From Candidatus Hadarchaeales archaeon (GTDB lineage Archaea > Hadarchaeota > Hadarchaeia > Hadarchaeales > Hadarchaeaceae), in NCBI GenBank assembly GCA_038872135.1, contig JAVZGN010000020.1, forward strand, positions 6,621 through 19,080: a stretch of 12,460 nucleotides of DNA, read 5' to 3'. Position numbers and translations under genes: made by a program. Numbering within the stretch: the stretch's first letter is position 1; each line of letters begins with the position of its first letter. Below are positions 1-8,324 of this stretch, one piece after another. The notes beneath the pieces are model-generated. The model did no database searches. It saw only the letters and a list, made by a program, of their open reading frames with translations, and was not told the DNA's origin.

Positions 1-1
1 A

Positions 2-481
2 AGAAATGGAACTGACTTTGGGATAAAGGTGAGTGGGACTGGGGATGAATGGTTCACCGCTCCGGCCGAGGTCCCGAAGCTCCTCTGCTTCCCTGGGTTC
101 ACCGAGGCTGACGCAAATCCAGATATTGGGGATAGTGCGATAATGGAGACTGCTGGGTTTGGGAGCTTTGCCTGTGCAGCTTCTCCAGCTGTCGTTCAGG
201 TTGTTGGGGGAACTCCCGCAGAAGCTGTTGAGCACACGAGGGAGATGTGGGAGATCTGCCTTGCAAAAGACAAAAGCTTCTCCATTCCCTTCCTCAACTT
301 CGAGGGGATTCCAAGGGGTATAGATCTGAGAAAAGTTGCTGAGACGGGCATCCTCCCGATTATCAACACAGGGGTGGCTCACAAGAAGCCTGGATATGGG
401 ACGGTCGGATTTGGGATCTTGCGAGCCCCTGCCGAATGCTTCAAAAAGGCATTGAGAGCGATGGCTGAAAAGTACCTGTGA
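2..481 (+). CDS. DUF1116 / YlbE-YahG (AllG-like) family protein, C-terminal part; 5' end lies outside the window
   Basis: Frame is open from position 2 (RNGTDFGIKVSG...). Motifs recalled for this family: RNGxxFGIxVSG, DANPDIGDSAIMETAGFG, PRGIDLRKVAETGILPIINTGVAHKKPG. Confidence 0.8.
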   Translation, partial: RNGTDFGIKVSGTGDEWFTAPAEVPKLLCFPGFTEADANPDIGDSAIMETAGFGSFACAASPAVVQVVGGTPAEAVEHTREMWEICLAKDKSFSIPFLNFEGIPRGIDLRKVAETGILPIINTGVAHKKPGYGTVGFGILRAPAECFKKALRAMAEKYL

Positions 482-524
482 GTCCTTCCGGGAAATTCTG
501 CGTTGCTTCACACATAACTTAATG

Positions 525-663
525 GTGGAAACTCCCCAGTTTCCACTCACCTAGGCGTGATTAGCGAAAGCGACCTGAAGTGGAAACTCCCCGGTTTCCA
601 CATCCTCCAGACGCCATCAGCAAGAGAAGAGATGATTAAAAGTGGAAACTCCCCGGTTTCCAC
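525..663. repeat. Mini-array of three 22-bp palindromic direct repeats GTGGAAAC-TCCCC(A/G)-GTTTCCAC with unique spacers (CRISPR-like or REP-like; no cas genes in window)
   Basis: Copies at 525-546, 580-601 and 642-663. Copies 2 and 3 are identical and extend to 25 bp (AA...A); copy 1 has one substitution in the 6-nt centre. Spacers 547-579 (33 bp) and 602-641 (40 bp) are unrelated. Lies between convergent stop codons. Confidence 0.9.
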
Positions 664-682
664 ACCCAACCAGACGGAAATC

Positions 683-1489
683 TCATTTTACGGTAGGGAT
701 GAGAACTGGCCGCAGTTTGTGCGCATTTCTCTTCTCCCGCTCAATCAGCCCCTCTACCATCGCCACGCCAACACCCAAAGCTTCGGCTATCTCCCTTGGT
801 CTGAATCCAAGATCCAGTCCAACCAATATCCTGTCAAGCTTTTCATAGGATATCCCCAGCTCCCCCTCATCAGTCTGCCCCCTCCAAAGCCCAGCACTCG
901 GCGTTTTCCTTATGATTCTCGCCGGCACCCCCAGATACTCGGCAAGCTTTTTCACCTGGGTCTTGTAGAGGCCTCCAAGAGGCATCAGGTCTGCGCCCCC
1001 ATCCCCAAACTTTGTAAAGTAGCCCATCCTCAGCTCACTCCGGTTACCCGTCCCAACCACAAGCCTCCCAAGAAGATTCGCATGGTAGTAGAGCAGCGTC
1101 ATCCTCACCCTCGGCTTCAGGTTTGCAATGGGAAGCCTCTGGCGACCCTCAATCACCCCCTGAAAAGCCCGCAAGATTGGAGAGATATCTATCTCCCTCC
1201 ATCTTATTCCCAATCCTTTGGCCAGCATCTTGGCATCTTCAACATCCCTCTTCGGAGTCACTCCCCTTTCCGGAAGAAGAAGCGCCAAAACTTTCTCCGG
1301 CCCAAAAGCTCTTGCGCAGAGGCTCCCCACAACCGCTGAATCCACCCCTCCGCTGAGCCCGAAAACGACCCCAGCTGCCCCAGCCTTTGAGACCTCCATC
1401 CTCAAAAAATCCACGATGGTTTTCTCGACTTTTTCTGGATCTATTTCCAGCGCCCTTTCGATTTTTTCCACCACTTCCATGACTTCCAC
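683..1489 (-). CDS. nadE: NH3-dependent NAD+ synthetase
   Basis: PP-loop GLSGGVDSAVV, ANLKPRVRM, GTGNRSE, GYFTKFGDGGAD, LYKTQV, PSAGLWRGQTDE. No glutaminase domain. Start is GTG 1489 or ATG 1480. Confidence 0.95.
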   Translation of the reverse strand: MEVMEVVEKIERALEIDPEKVEKTIVDFLRMEVSKAGAAGVVFGLSGGVDSAVVGSLCARAFGPEKVLALLLPERGVTPKRDVEDAKMLAKGLGIRWREIDISPILRAFQGVIEGRQRLPIANLKPRVRMTLLYYHANLLGRLVVGTGNRSELRMGYFTKFGDGGADLMPLGGLYKTQVKKLAEYLGVPARIIRKTPSAGLWRGQTDEGELGISYEKLDRILVGLDLGFRPREIAEALGVGVAMVEGLIEREKRNAHKLRPVLIPTVK

Positions 1490-2314
1490 CTAGAACTTCC
1501 TGGGATAGGATCCAAGGATCTTCAACATCGCGGTCTTCTTTCTCACTCCCTCCAGAGCTTCTTTCACAATTTGATCCTCTCTGTGCCCTTCAAAGTCTAT
1601 GAAGAAGAGGTAGTCCCCCAGAGCCTTTTTCGACGGTCTTGACTCAATTTTCGTGAGATTTATTTTCCTCCCTGCAAACTCCCCCAGGATCTCGTAGAGG
1701 ATGCCCGGCCTGTCCCTAGCTGTGTAAAAAACTATCGATGTTTTGTCCCTCCCACTTTTCTTTTGATCAACTTTAGATATGCAGAAGAACCTTGTTATGT
1801 TTTCCTCCCCGCTCTGGATGTCCTCCCTCAAAACCACGAGCTCATAGAACTTCCCCAAGATCTTCGGTCCAATAGCCGCCATATGCTTCTGCCCGACCTT
1901 CGCCACCTGCTCAGCAGCCTTTGCTGTGCTCGACATCTCAATCAGCTCAGCCTTCGGCAGATTTTTCTTTATGAACTCCCGGCACTGGGCGAGGGCCTGG
2001 GGATGGGAGAGAACCTGAGTGATGTCTTTAAGCCTCGCTCCCTCCACGGCGAGGAGGGAGTGGGAGATTGGGAAGACCATCTCAGCCTGAATCTTCACAT
2101 CATGCCAAGCCAGAGCATCGAGGGCCTCCCCAACAGACCCCTCCATCAAGCTCTCAACTGGAATGAACCCCACATCCGCATTCCCCTTCTCAACGGCTGC
2201 AACCACATCAGAAATCATCGAAAAATAGATCGGCTCCATTTTTCTTCCCTTGAAAAATTCCCTCGCCGCAAGATCTGAGTACGTCCCCTTTGGGCCGAGA
2301 ACAGCCACCCTCAC
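1490..2314 (-). CDS. pheA: Prephenate dehydratase with C-terminal ACT domain
   Basis: LGPKGTYS, PVESLMEGSV, SHPQALAQC, NITRF, DRPGILY, INLTKIESRP, LGSYP. No fused chorismate mutase domain. Confidence 0.95.
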   Translation of the reverse strand: MRVAVLGPKGTYSDLAAREFFKGRKMEPIYFSMISDVVAAVEKGNADVGFIPVESLMEGSVGEALDALAWHDVKIQAEMVFPISHSLLAVEGARLKDITQVLSHPQALAQCREFIKKNLPKAELIEMSSTAKAAEQVAKVGQKHMAAIGPKILGKFYELVVLREDIQSGEENITRFFCISKVDQKKSGRDKTSIVFYTARDRPGILYEILGEFAGRKINLTKIESRPSKKALGDYLFFIDFEGHREDQIVKEALEGVRKKTAMLKILGSYPRKF

Positions 2315-3165
2315 CCGCTCACCTCCTCAAAAACTTCATAAAGTCTCTCATAGGCTTTTTCCACGCTTTTTTTCTCAAATCTCCTCTCCGCCCTCCTGAA
2401 AATCTTTCTCACTTCCTCTAGCCTGCCCTTCCCAAGCTCCTCATCGAGCCTGCGGCAAATCTTCAACACCTCCTTTCTCACCACATCTGCATATTCATTT
2501 TCAATCTGAATTTCTCCCACAAGCTCCGCACCCCCACACACCATAGCTTTTGAAAGCTCCGTGAGGGAATGCGAAAATGGAGTTTTCAAACCCTCCTTCA
2601 GCTCCCCCTCCATCGACAGCAGCGCTTTAAGGTGGGTGAGGAGAATAAAGTGGGTCAGACACTGAACCACAGACATCGCCCTGTCATGGGCTTCCGCATC
2701 CATCTCCACAACCCTCGCCCCAAGGCTCCTCAACTTTTTTCTGAGCCAGAAGTAATTCTTTCCAGGTTTAACTGGAACAACGACGATGTCTTTCCCGGCG
2801 AGAGTTCTGGCACCAGGCCCGAAAAGCGGATGGATGGAAACCAACTCTGGACCATCCAGTTCCCTCATTCTCTTGCAGACCTCCTTCTTGACTGAGGAGA
2901 TGTCCGCCAGGAGAGCCCCCTTCTTCACAACCTTCCCCAGCTCACTCAAGACCTCGGGAGTCTCTGCTATGGGAACTGCTATGAAGACGATATCTGCTGT
3001 GGCCGCCGCCTTGGATGGTGTTTTCCATTCAACACCCAGCTCCCTTGCAACCTTCCTTGCCCTAGCCGCAGCTATGTCGGCAACAACAACTTCTCCCAAG
3101 TTCTTCCTCGCGAAGGCCGCCAACCATCTTCCCATCCTCCCAACGCCAACAACCGCTATTTTCAT
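2311..3165 (-). CDS. tyrA: Prephenate (cyclohexadienyl) dehydrogenase
   Basis: Rossmann GVGRMG, DISSVK, SIHPLFGP, HDRAMSVVQCLTHF. Start moved to ATG 3165 (MKIAVVG), which overlaps the aroE stop as ATGA and follows GGAGG; the track's 3234 start overlaps aroE. Confidence 0.92.
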   Translation of the reverse strand: MKIAVVGVGRMGRWLAAFARKNLGEVVVADIAAARARKVARELGVEWKTPSKAAATADIVFIAVPIAETPEVLSELGKVVKKGALLADISSVKKEVCKRMRELDGPELVSIHPLFGPGARTLAGKDIVVVPVKPGKNYFWLRKKLRSLGARVVEMDAEAHDRAMSVVQCLTHFILLTHLKALLSMEGELKEGLKTPFSHSLTELSKAMVCGGAELVGEIQIENEYADVVRKEVLKICRRLDEELGKGRLEEVRKIFRRAERRFEKKSVEKAYERLYEVFEEVSG

Positions 3166-4016
3166 CCGCCCGCCTCCAGTGCCCTTTCTGCAGCCCTCCT
3201 CATAACCTCTACAGGTGGGTCTTTTTTCGTCCATATCTTGAACGCAAGAGCAGCCTGATTCACGAGCATCCCAAGCCCATCCACAGTCCTGGCCCCGGCT
3301 TTTTCAGCCTCCCTCAGAAGTTTTGTCCTGAGAGGTTTGTAGACGATATCGTTGACTATCAGCCCTGGATGAAGCATTTCGGCCGTTGCGATGGTCTGCC
3401 CAACTTTTGGCCGCATCCCGACAGAGGTGGCGTTGATCAGGATGTCCGCCCCGGCGATGGTTTCCTTCAGTAGCTTTTTCTCGAGAGGAATGACCCCGAT
3501 GCTTCTCCCCGTTGCTTTTCTAACGATCTCCGCCAGGACCTTTGCCTTCTCCAAGGTCCTGTTTGCTACTAAGACATCCGCCCCAGCGGTCACCAGCGAA
3601 TGCACTATCGCCCTGGCCGCCCCTCCGGCCCCCACGACAACTACCCTTTTCCCCCTCACTCTCCCAGCCTCTTCTTCTAAAGCGGCCAATGCTCCGGCTC
3701 CATCTGTGTTGTAGCCCACCAGCTTTCCATTTACATTTGCAACAACATTCACGGCCCCCACATCCCTAGCAGATTTATCCAGCCTGTCAAGATATTTCAT
3801 TACCGCCACTTTGTGTGGAATTGTGACATTCAACCCTTTAACCCCCAGCCTCCTCGCCATCGCCACGGCTGCCGCCAGAAACCTCGGAGGGACCCTGACA
3901 GCAATATAAAGAGAGTTCATCCCCAGGCTTTTGAAAGCAGCGTTGAACATCGGGGGCGAAAGGCTCCCCTCCACAGGGTCTCCAAAAAGCATGAAGATCT
4001 GGCGGCGATTCTTCAA
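3162..4016 (-). CDS. aroE: Shikimate dehydrogenase
   Basis: SLSPPMFNAAF, GLNVTIPHK, GAVN, GYNTDGAG, GAGGAARA, NRT, INATSVGM, DIVYKP, DGLGMLVNQA. TTG start overlaps the aroD stop. Confidence 0.95.
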   Translation of the reverse strand: MKNRRQIFMLFGDPVEGSLSPPMFNAAFKSLGMNSLYIAVRVPPRFLAAAVAMARRLGVKGLNVTIPHKVAVMKYLDRLDKSARDVGAVNVVANVNGKLVGYNTDGAGALAALEEEAGRVRGKRVVVVGAGGAARAIVHSLVTAGADVLVANRTLEKAKVLAEIVRKATGRSIGVIPLEKKLLKETIAGADILINATSVGMRPKVGQTIATAEMLHPGLIVNDIVYKPLRTKLLREAEKAGARTVDGLGMLVNQAALAFKIWTKKDPPVEVMRRAAERALEAGG

Positions 4017-4750
4017 TCCTTGACCTCCTTGGGCCTCAGCTGAATGAGAAGATCTTTGGTCTCCTTCACCCCAAGCTGCCCTGGAGCGGTTTTCTTCGCC
4101 ACAGCAGCGTAAACGATGGGGACCCCGAGGATTGGCCCCAAAAACCTTGTCAGAATTCCAGCCTTACCCATGGCAAAGGTTATGAGAGGCTTCTTCAGCT
4201 CAGCCTCAGTCCTGACAAGGAACTCCAGCGCATTCTTGGTCTCCCTCCAGCCTTTTGCCATCGTCACAACCTTCAAAATATCTCCATCGGCCCCATCCAT
4301 CTCTTTCACAATTTTGAGAAGCCTTTCGGGGGACAGCCTGCCAGAAAAATCGTGAAATGAAAGAATCACAGACGTCCCCGCCCCCCTCGCCTTCTCCACC
4401 ACCTTTTCCCTCAGCTCCCGTGAAGCGCGAAACTCGATGTCAACAGCTGAAACACCCCTCGAAATCCCTTCCAGGAAAAATCCCACCCTTTTCGCATCAC
4501 CGCCGGAGAAATTTCCACCCTCTTTTTTTGGTCTCACCGTCAAGATCATCGGAACATTTGGGTCTATCAGAGTTTCCCACCCATCAAATTTTTTCAAAAA
4601 GTCTATCCTTAGTTCCACGATGTCTGCTCCATCGGCCAAAGCCTTTTCCACAAGCTTCTTCATCTCCCCGACGGAAGGTGCAGCCACGGCCCCGCAGACC
4701 GCTGGCACCTTCACGAGATGCCTTCCCAGCCTTATCTCCTTCTCGAGCAA
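4013..4750 (-). CDS. aroD: Type I 3-dehydroquinate dehydratase
   Basis: ADIVELRID, ILTVRPKKEGG, VDIE, SFHDF (catalytic His), DILKVV (Schiff-base Lys), AMGKAG, TAPGQ. Confidence 0.93.
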   Translation of the reverse strand: MLEKEIRLGRHLVKVPAVCGAVAAPSVGEMKKLVEKALADGADIVELRIDFLKKFDGWETLIDPNVPMILTVRPKKEGGNFSGGDAKRVGFFLEGISRGVSAVDIEFRASRELREKVVEKARGAGTSVILSFHDFSGRLSPERLLKIVKEMDGADGDILKVVTMAKGWRETKNALEFLVRTEAELKKPLITFAMGKAGILTRFLGPILGVPIVYAAVAKKTAPGQLGVKETKDLLIQLRPKEVKD

Positions 4751-4754
4751 TTTT

Positions 4755-5876
4755 TCACCTCTCCACCATCATCTCCTCAACCTTTGTCCCAAAATGTCTT
4801 CCCCCAGCCTCCGTCAAAATCAACACCTCATCACCAGGCTTCAACCTGGCCACTGAGATTGGCCGGCCATCCTTCCCAACCAGATTTATCGTCTCGGCAT
4901 TCTGAAGCAAAATCTTGTACCTCCTCCCATCCTTTTCCGCCTCAACTAGAACCAATGGTCTCCTCTCAATCTTCACCCGCCCGACAACTGCCCTCCTGGT
5001 CTCACCTTTGAAGTTGACCACAAGTACCTCGTCCCCGGCCTTGAGCTCAGATAGATATTTTGTCTTGCCGTCCGGAACTCTAACATACCCATGGACGGCC
5101 CCGGCGTTGACCCTGAATGGCCTCTGCTCCACAAACTCGCTTGGGAGGGTTTCCGAGTGAACGAGGAAAAGGCCCTCAGCCTGACTCCCCACCAGCATTC
5201 CCTCTCCCATCTCCATCATCACCGTTGTGTCTATACATGCCCTATCACCGCTTCCAACCGCCCTGACCTCTTCAACCCTTGCAGGGGATAGCTGGAGTTT
5301 CTCCGACGCCAGTTTTTCGAGAATTTCTGAAGTTCTCTTTATCTCCTCTGGACCGGTTTCTCTCGGGTCTAGGACCACCCCTGCAGCTCCAACCTCAAGA
5401 GTTTCAGCCGCCACCCTCGCCTCCTCTGCGCTTTTGACCACCTGAAGGATTTTGCAGCCTTTCTGGACATTTGCGATGATATTTTCTAAGGGAATGATCT
5501 TCCAGTCTCTGGCAGAGATGATGAGAAAGTCTGCCTCTCTGCTGGCCTCTACCGCCGCCCTTTCAGAAGCCTTATCTTTAATTTCGATTTCTACAGCGGT
5601 TTTTCTCCCGGAGCTCTTCACGGCTCGCAGCTTTGGCATTACTTCGGCAATTTTTGATGGCTCTGCCACCGGGAAGACTACTATCCCAACTCCAGGAGAA
5701 TCTTCGGTTGAAGCAATCATCAAGGTTCCCTCTTTAAGGGCAGCTTGAGCCTCACCCCTCCCAACCAGAAGGGCGTCTGCCCCAGCATCCAGGGTGGCCC
5801 TCACAAATCTTTTCCTAGATTCCCATGGCTCGCTCCAGTCGGCTCTCACCCAGAGAAGCTTTCGCAAAAACTTCAC
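4755..5876 (-). CDS. aroB': 3-dehydroquinate synthase II (archaeal type, AroB')
   Basis: [78 protein letters not shown]. Directly downstream of the ADH synthase with a GTGA overlap. Confidence 0.93.
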   Translation of the reverse strand: MKFLRKLLWVRADWSEPWESRKRFVRATLDAGADALLVGRGEAQAALKEGTLMIASTEDSPGVGIVVFPVAEPSKIAEVMPKLRAVKSSGRKTAVEIEIKDKASERAAVEASREADFLIISARDWKIIPLENIIANVQKGCKILQVVKSAEEARVAAETLEVGAAGVVLDPRETGPEEIKRTSEILEKLASEKLQLSPARVEEVRAVGSGDRACIDTTVMMEMGEGMLVGSQAEGLFLVHSETLPSEFVEQRPFRVNAGAVHGYVRVPDGKTKYLSELKAGDEVLVVNFKGETRRAVVGRVKIERRPLVLVEAEKDGRRYKILLQNAETINLVGKDGRPISVARLKPGDEVLILTEAGGRHFGTKVEEMMVER

Positions 5877-6673
5877 CTTTTCAGCTCTTTCATCGCCTGC
5901 TCGACAGAAGCTCCCTCATGAACTATCATTGCCAGGGCCCTCGTCATCGCCGTCGGATCTCTGTGCTGAAAGATGTTCCTTCCTATTGAAATCCCTATTG
6001 CTCCAGCCTCCATAGCCTCCGCGGTCATCTTCAAAACATCCTCTTCAGTGGCCATCTTTGGTCCGCCGGCGATAACAATGGGAACTGGGCAGCCACGAAC
6101 AACCTTCTCGAAGGACTTTACATCTCCAGTGTAAACTGTCTTCACGATGTCTGCCCCCAGCTCTGCACCGACTCTCGCGGCGTGGGCAACGAGATCGGGG
6201 TCATGCTGGTTCTTTATCTTCGGCCCTCTTGGGTACATCATCGCGAAGAGGGGGATTCCCCACCTCGCGCAGTCCTCGGCAACTGACCCAAGGATCATGA
6301 GCTGCTCCTGCTCGTTTGGGGCGCCAACATTTATGTGGACGGAGACAGCATCAGCTCCAAGGGAAATCGCTTCTTCCACGCTCGCAACTGGAACCTTTGC
6401 ATCTGGCTCGGGGCTAAGAGAAGTGCTACCCGTCAGATGGATGATCAACCCTATGTCCTTCCCATAACCCCTGTGCCCGGCCCTGACGATGCCCTTGTGG
6501 AGAACCACAGCGTTTGCCCCTCCCTCTGCAATTTTGTTGATGATGGAAGTCATGTCTTCAATCCCAGGAATTGGACCCATCGAGAGCCCGTGGTCCATCG
6601 GGACGATGACGGTTTTTCTGGTCTTTCGGTTGATTATCCTCTCAAGCCTTATCCTCTTTCCTATCTCTGACAC
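5873..6673 (-). CDS. aroA': 2-amino-3,7-dideoxy-D-threo-hept-6-ulosonate (ADH) synthase, DhnA/class I aldolase family (MJ0400-like)
   Basis: [48 protein letters not shown], and adjacency to DHQ synthase II. Start placed at GTG 6673 ([13 protein letters not shown]), 6 nt after GGAGGTG (6680-6686), rather than at 6748. Confidence 0.88.
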   Translation of the reverse strand: MSEIGKRIRLERIINRKTRKTVIVPMDHGLSMGPIPGIEDMTSIINKIAEGGANAVVLHKGIVRAGHRGYGKDIGLIIHLTGSTSLSPEPDAKVPVASVEEAISLGADAVSVHINVGAPNEQEQLMILGSVAEDCARWGIPLFAMMYPRGPKIKNQHDPDLVAHAARVGAELGADIVKTVYTGDVKSFEKVVRGCPVPIVIAGGPKMATEEDVLKMTAEAMEAGAIGISIGRNIFQHRDPTAMTRALAMIVHEGASVEQAMKELKR

Positions 6674-6697
6674 CCTTACCACCTCCTTCAGAATATC

Positions 6698-6722
6698 TGG
6701 CTCAGCCATTAAAAGATGTAGG
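6698..6722 (-). promoter_or_regulatory. Candidate TATA box of the aro operon plus adjacent palindrome
   Basis: Minus-strand TTTTAAT (6708-6714) lies about 35-40 nt upstream of the 6673 start. It is followed immediately by the 11-bp palindrome TGGCTGAGCCA (6698-6708). Confidence 0.35.
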
Positions 6723-6793
6723 TGGGTTAGGTTCATCGGCAAAATCATTCCTTCAACATTGCTCTAAAAAATTCCCTGAAAACTTCCGCCTCC

Positions 6794-7996
6794 CTAGACT
6801 TTTGCACTTTTGACTAGCACCTCCTTATTCAACACCTCTCTGAAAATCTCTGGCTGTCTCCGCAACGTGCGCGTGACCCAGCGCCAGCCCTTTCTCGCGG
6901 CGAGCCGCATGAAGCGGCACAGCTCACCGATGGTCTGAAGCGGTCTGCCCATCCAGCCCGCAACGCGGCGGAGGGTGGAGTGCAGCAGGCTCAGCACGAG
7001 AACCGTGTACGCGAAAAGGACGGCCAGTACTACGTTTCGCACTGCGCGATCCTTGCGCACCTGATAGTCCTCGAGCCCGAGATGCTGCTTGGCATCGCGG
7101 TGCCAGCACTCGATCCGCCACCTGTAGACGAGCAGGATCAGCAGCTCCCGCTCAGGCAACTTGAGCTTGGTGACGTAGAACCTCTTCTCGTCCGGGTGCC
7201 CAGCGCGGTACGAGCAGACGATGCGGCGCACTCCAACGCCGCGGATGCTCGCCCACACGCTCGAGACGTAGTAGCCCTTTCTGTCGATGATCTTGAGGTC
7301 GAACTTGACGTTAGAGAAGTACTCGGCAAGGGTGACGCGCGGCGCGCGGTTGACGCTGATCTTGAGCGTTGATGGCGTGCCGATCAGGTAGTCCTCCTTT
7401 GCGTCGTCGAGTTCGTGGATGACGTAGTCTGCATAAAACAGGGCGTCCATGCAAACGACCCCCTTTACACCGTGCGATCTGGCGTAGCGCACCTGTTCGA
7501 GAGCCATTCGCTTGATCGGGCGGTATTCGTGCCGTTTGTCGCATTTGTTCGTGAATATGTCCGCGTAAATGGGATATCCGAACTCCCAACTGGGGTGGGT
7601 GTAGTACGAGTTGAGGATCCTGTGCCCCCACTCCACGCGCTTGGTGATGCCGCTGCGGTGCATGCCCGCGCTCTCCATGTGCCTGCCAGTCTTGTGTACG
7701 AGGTGGTCGTCGACGATGAGCAGGCCGTCATCACGTGTAGGCAATTTGTGTTGCACGTGCGCGAGGCGGAGTTCGTTCAGCCTCTCGCAGTCCCATCTCT
7801 TGATCGAGCGGTTGAGGCTGCTCTGGTCTTTCTCGGAGAGAGCGTCGTTGATCTCTTGTACCGTCTTGTTGTCGTGGACCACGAGACCAGTAATGAAGGT
7901 CGTAAAGTGTTGACGCTGGGGAGTGGTCAGTGCCTTCAGGTATGGTCTGAGATACTTCCGTATGCCCTGCGGCACTCCTTTGTACCGGCTCCCCAC
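6794..7996 (-). CDS. IS701-family DDE transposase
   Basis: N-terminal QRQHFTTFITGL...KTV...DQSSLNR...WD; catalytic LIVDDH, VCMDALF and YRWRIECWHRDAKQHLGLEDYQVR. Frame is uninterrupted. Start is probably GTG 7996 or 7975, because the track's 8125 start would overlap the small upstream gene. Confidence 0.88.
   Translation of the reverse strand: MGSRYKGVPQGIRKYLRPYLKALTTPQRQHFTTFITGLVVHDNKTVQEINDALSEKDQSSLNRSIKRWDCERLNELRLAHVQHKLPTRDDGLLIVDDHLVHKTGRHMESAGMHRSGITKRVEWGHRILNSYYTHPSWEFGYPIYADIFTNKCDKRHEYRPIKRMALEQVRYARSHGVKGVVCMDALFYADYVIHELDDAKEDYLIGTPSTLKISVNRAPRVTLAEYFSNVKFDLKIIDRKGYYVSSVWASIRGVGVRRIVCSYRAGHPDEKRFYVTKLKLPERELLILLVYRWRIECWHRDAKQHLGLEDYQVRKDRAVRNVVLAVLFAYTVLVLSLLHSTLRRVAGWMGRPLQTIGELCRFMRLAARKGWRWVTRTLRRQPEIFREVLNKEVLVKSAKV
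6795..6811 (+). repeat. IS terminal inverted repeat (transposase-distal end)
   Basis: Exact reverse complement of 8325-8341. It encodes the last transposase codons, and the TAG stop falls in the terminal CTAG. Confidence 0.9.
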
Positions 7997-8012
7997 ATTC
8001 GTGCGCGCTTGC

Positions 8013-8177
8013 TCACTCTTTGCACACGATGAGGTAGACCCTTCGTCCGATGTGCTCCTTCGGGCAATCAACCTTGGCACCGTTGCCAAACTTCGTGGCC
8101 CTCTTCTCGATGAACCCAAGGACATCGTCTTCCCGGAGGATGAGCCTTCCCCGGCTCAGGGTTATCACCCGTGCCAT
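8013..8177 (-). CDS. 54-aa DUF2080-like transposon-associated small protein (AbrB-like appearance)
   Basis: Translated by hand: MARVITLSRGRLILREDDVLGFIEKRATKFGNGAKVDCPKEHIGRRVYLIVCKE*. The EKxxxxFGNxAKVDxPKxxIGxRVYxI pattern matches my recollection of DUF2080. A good BRE-TATA lies about 30 nt upstream. Confidence 0.8.
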   Translation of the reverse strand: MARVITLSRGRLILREDDVLGFIEKRATKFGNGAKVDCPKEHIGRRVYLIVCKE

Positions 8178-8206
8178 TTTCTCGTATATACAAATAAATA
8201 CTACGC

Positions 8207-8221
8207 TTAAAAATCTTTCGG
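8207..8221 (-). promoter_or_regulatory. Archaeal BRE-TATA promoter inside the IS, driving the small ORF and the transposase
   Basis: Minus strand reads CCGAAAGA-TTTTTAA, 30-44 nt upstream of ATG 8177. Confidence 0.6.
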
Positions 8222-8324
8222 TAGGGGAATGGGCACCTGGTGCTCAAAATTGCAAAACTCGAAAAACGCAAAATTTGAGGAGTACAAGCCAAATAGCCCG
8301 CAAAATCGATTACCGGTAATAACA

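Noticed and set aside
489-512. GGGAAATTC...TTCAC (and CGGAAATCTC at about 675-684) as possible degenerate extra repeat copies
   Set aside because: Only GGAAA is shared, there is no second arm, and the spacing is inconsistent with the array.
602-641. Spacer 2 self-match to nadE (GAGAAGAGA, minus strand near 726-734)
   Set aside because: Only 9 low-complexity bases, expected by chance.
525-663. Integron attC interpretation of the palindromes (AAC...GTT)
   Set aside because: Far too short, the purine/pyrimidine pattern is opposite to RYYYAAC/GTTRRRY, and there are no cassette ORFs or integrase.
557-1339. 260-aa plus-strand ORF spanning the repeat array and antisense to nadE
   Set aside because: Shadow of nadE with Pro/Ser/His-rich composition and no recognisable motif. 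The repeats fall in different frames, so they are not a protein repeat.
3166-3234. N-terminal extension of tyrA given by the ORF track
   Set aside because: Overlaps aroE coding sequence. ATG 3165 has an RBS, an ATGA overlap and begins the Rossmann fold.
6674-6760. N-terminal extension of aroA', or a second C/D sRNA on the minus strand (ATGATTT, GATGAA, two CTGA)
   Set aside because: A strong RBS supports GTG 6673. Box spacing does not fit the C-D'-C'-D layout, there is no terminal stem, and no convincing guide lies next to a D box.
6924-8032. Multiple alternative-frame and antisense ORFs inside the transposase
   Set aside because: Expected in GC-rich coding DNA with few off-frame stops; no motifs.
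7997-8125. First 43 codons of the 443-aa transposase ORF
   Set aside because: Low-complexity Ser/Arg sequence overlapping the better-supported DUF2080-like ORF in another frame.
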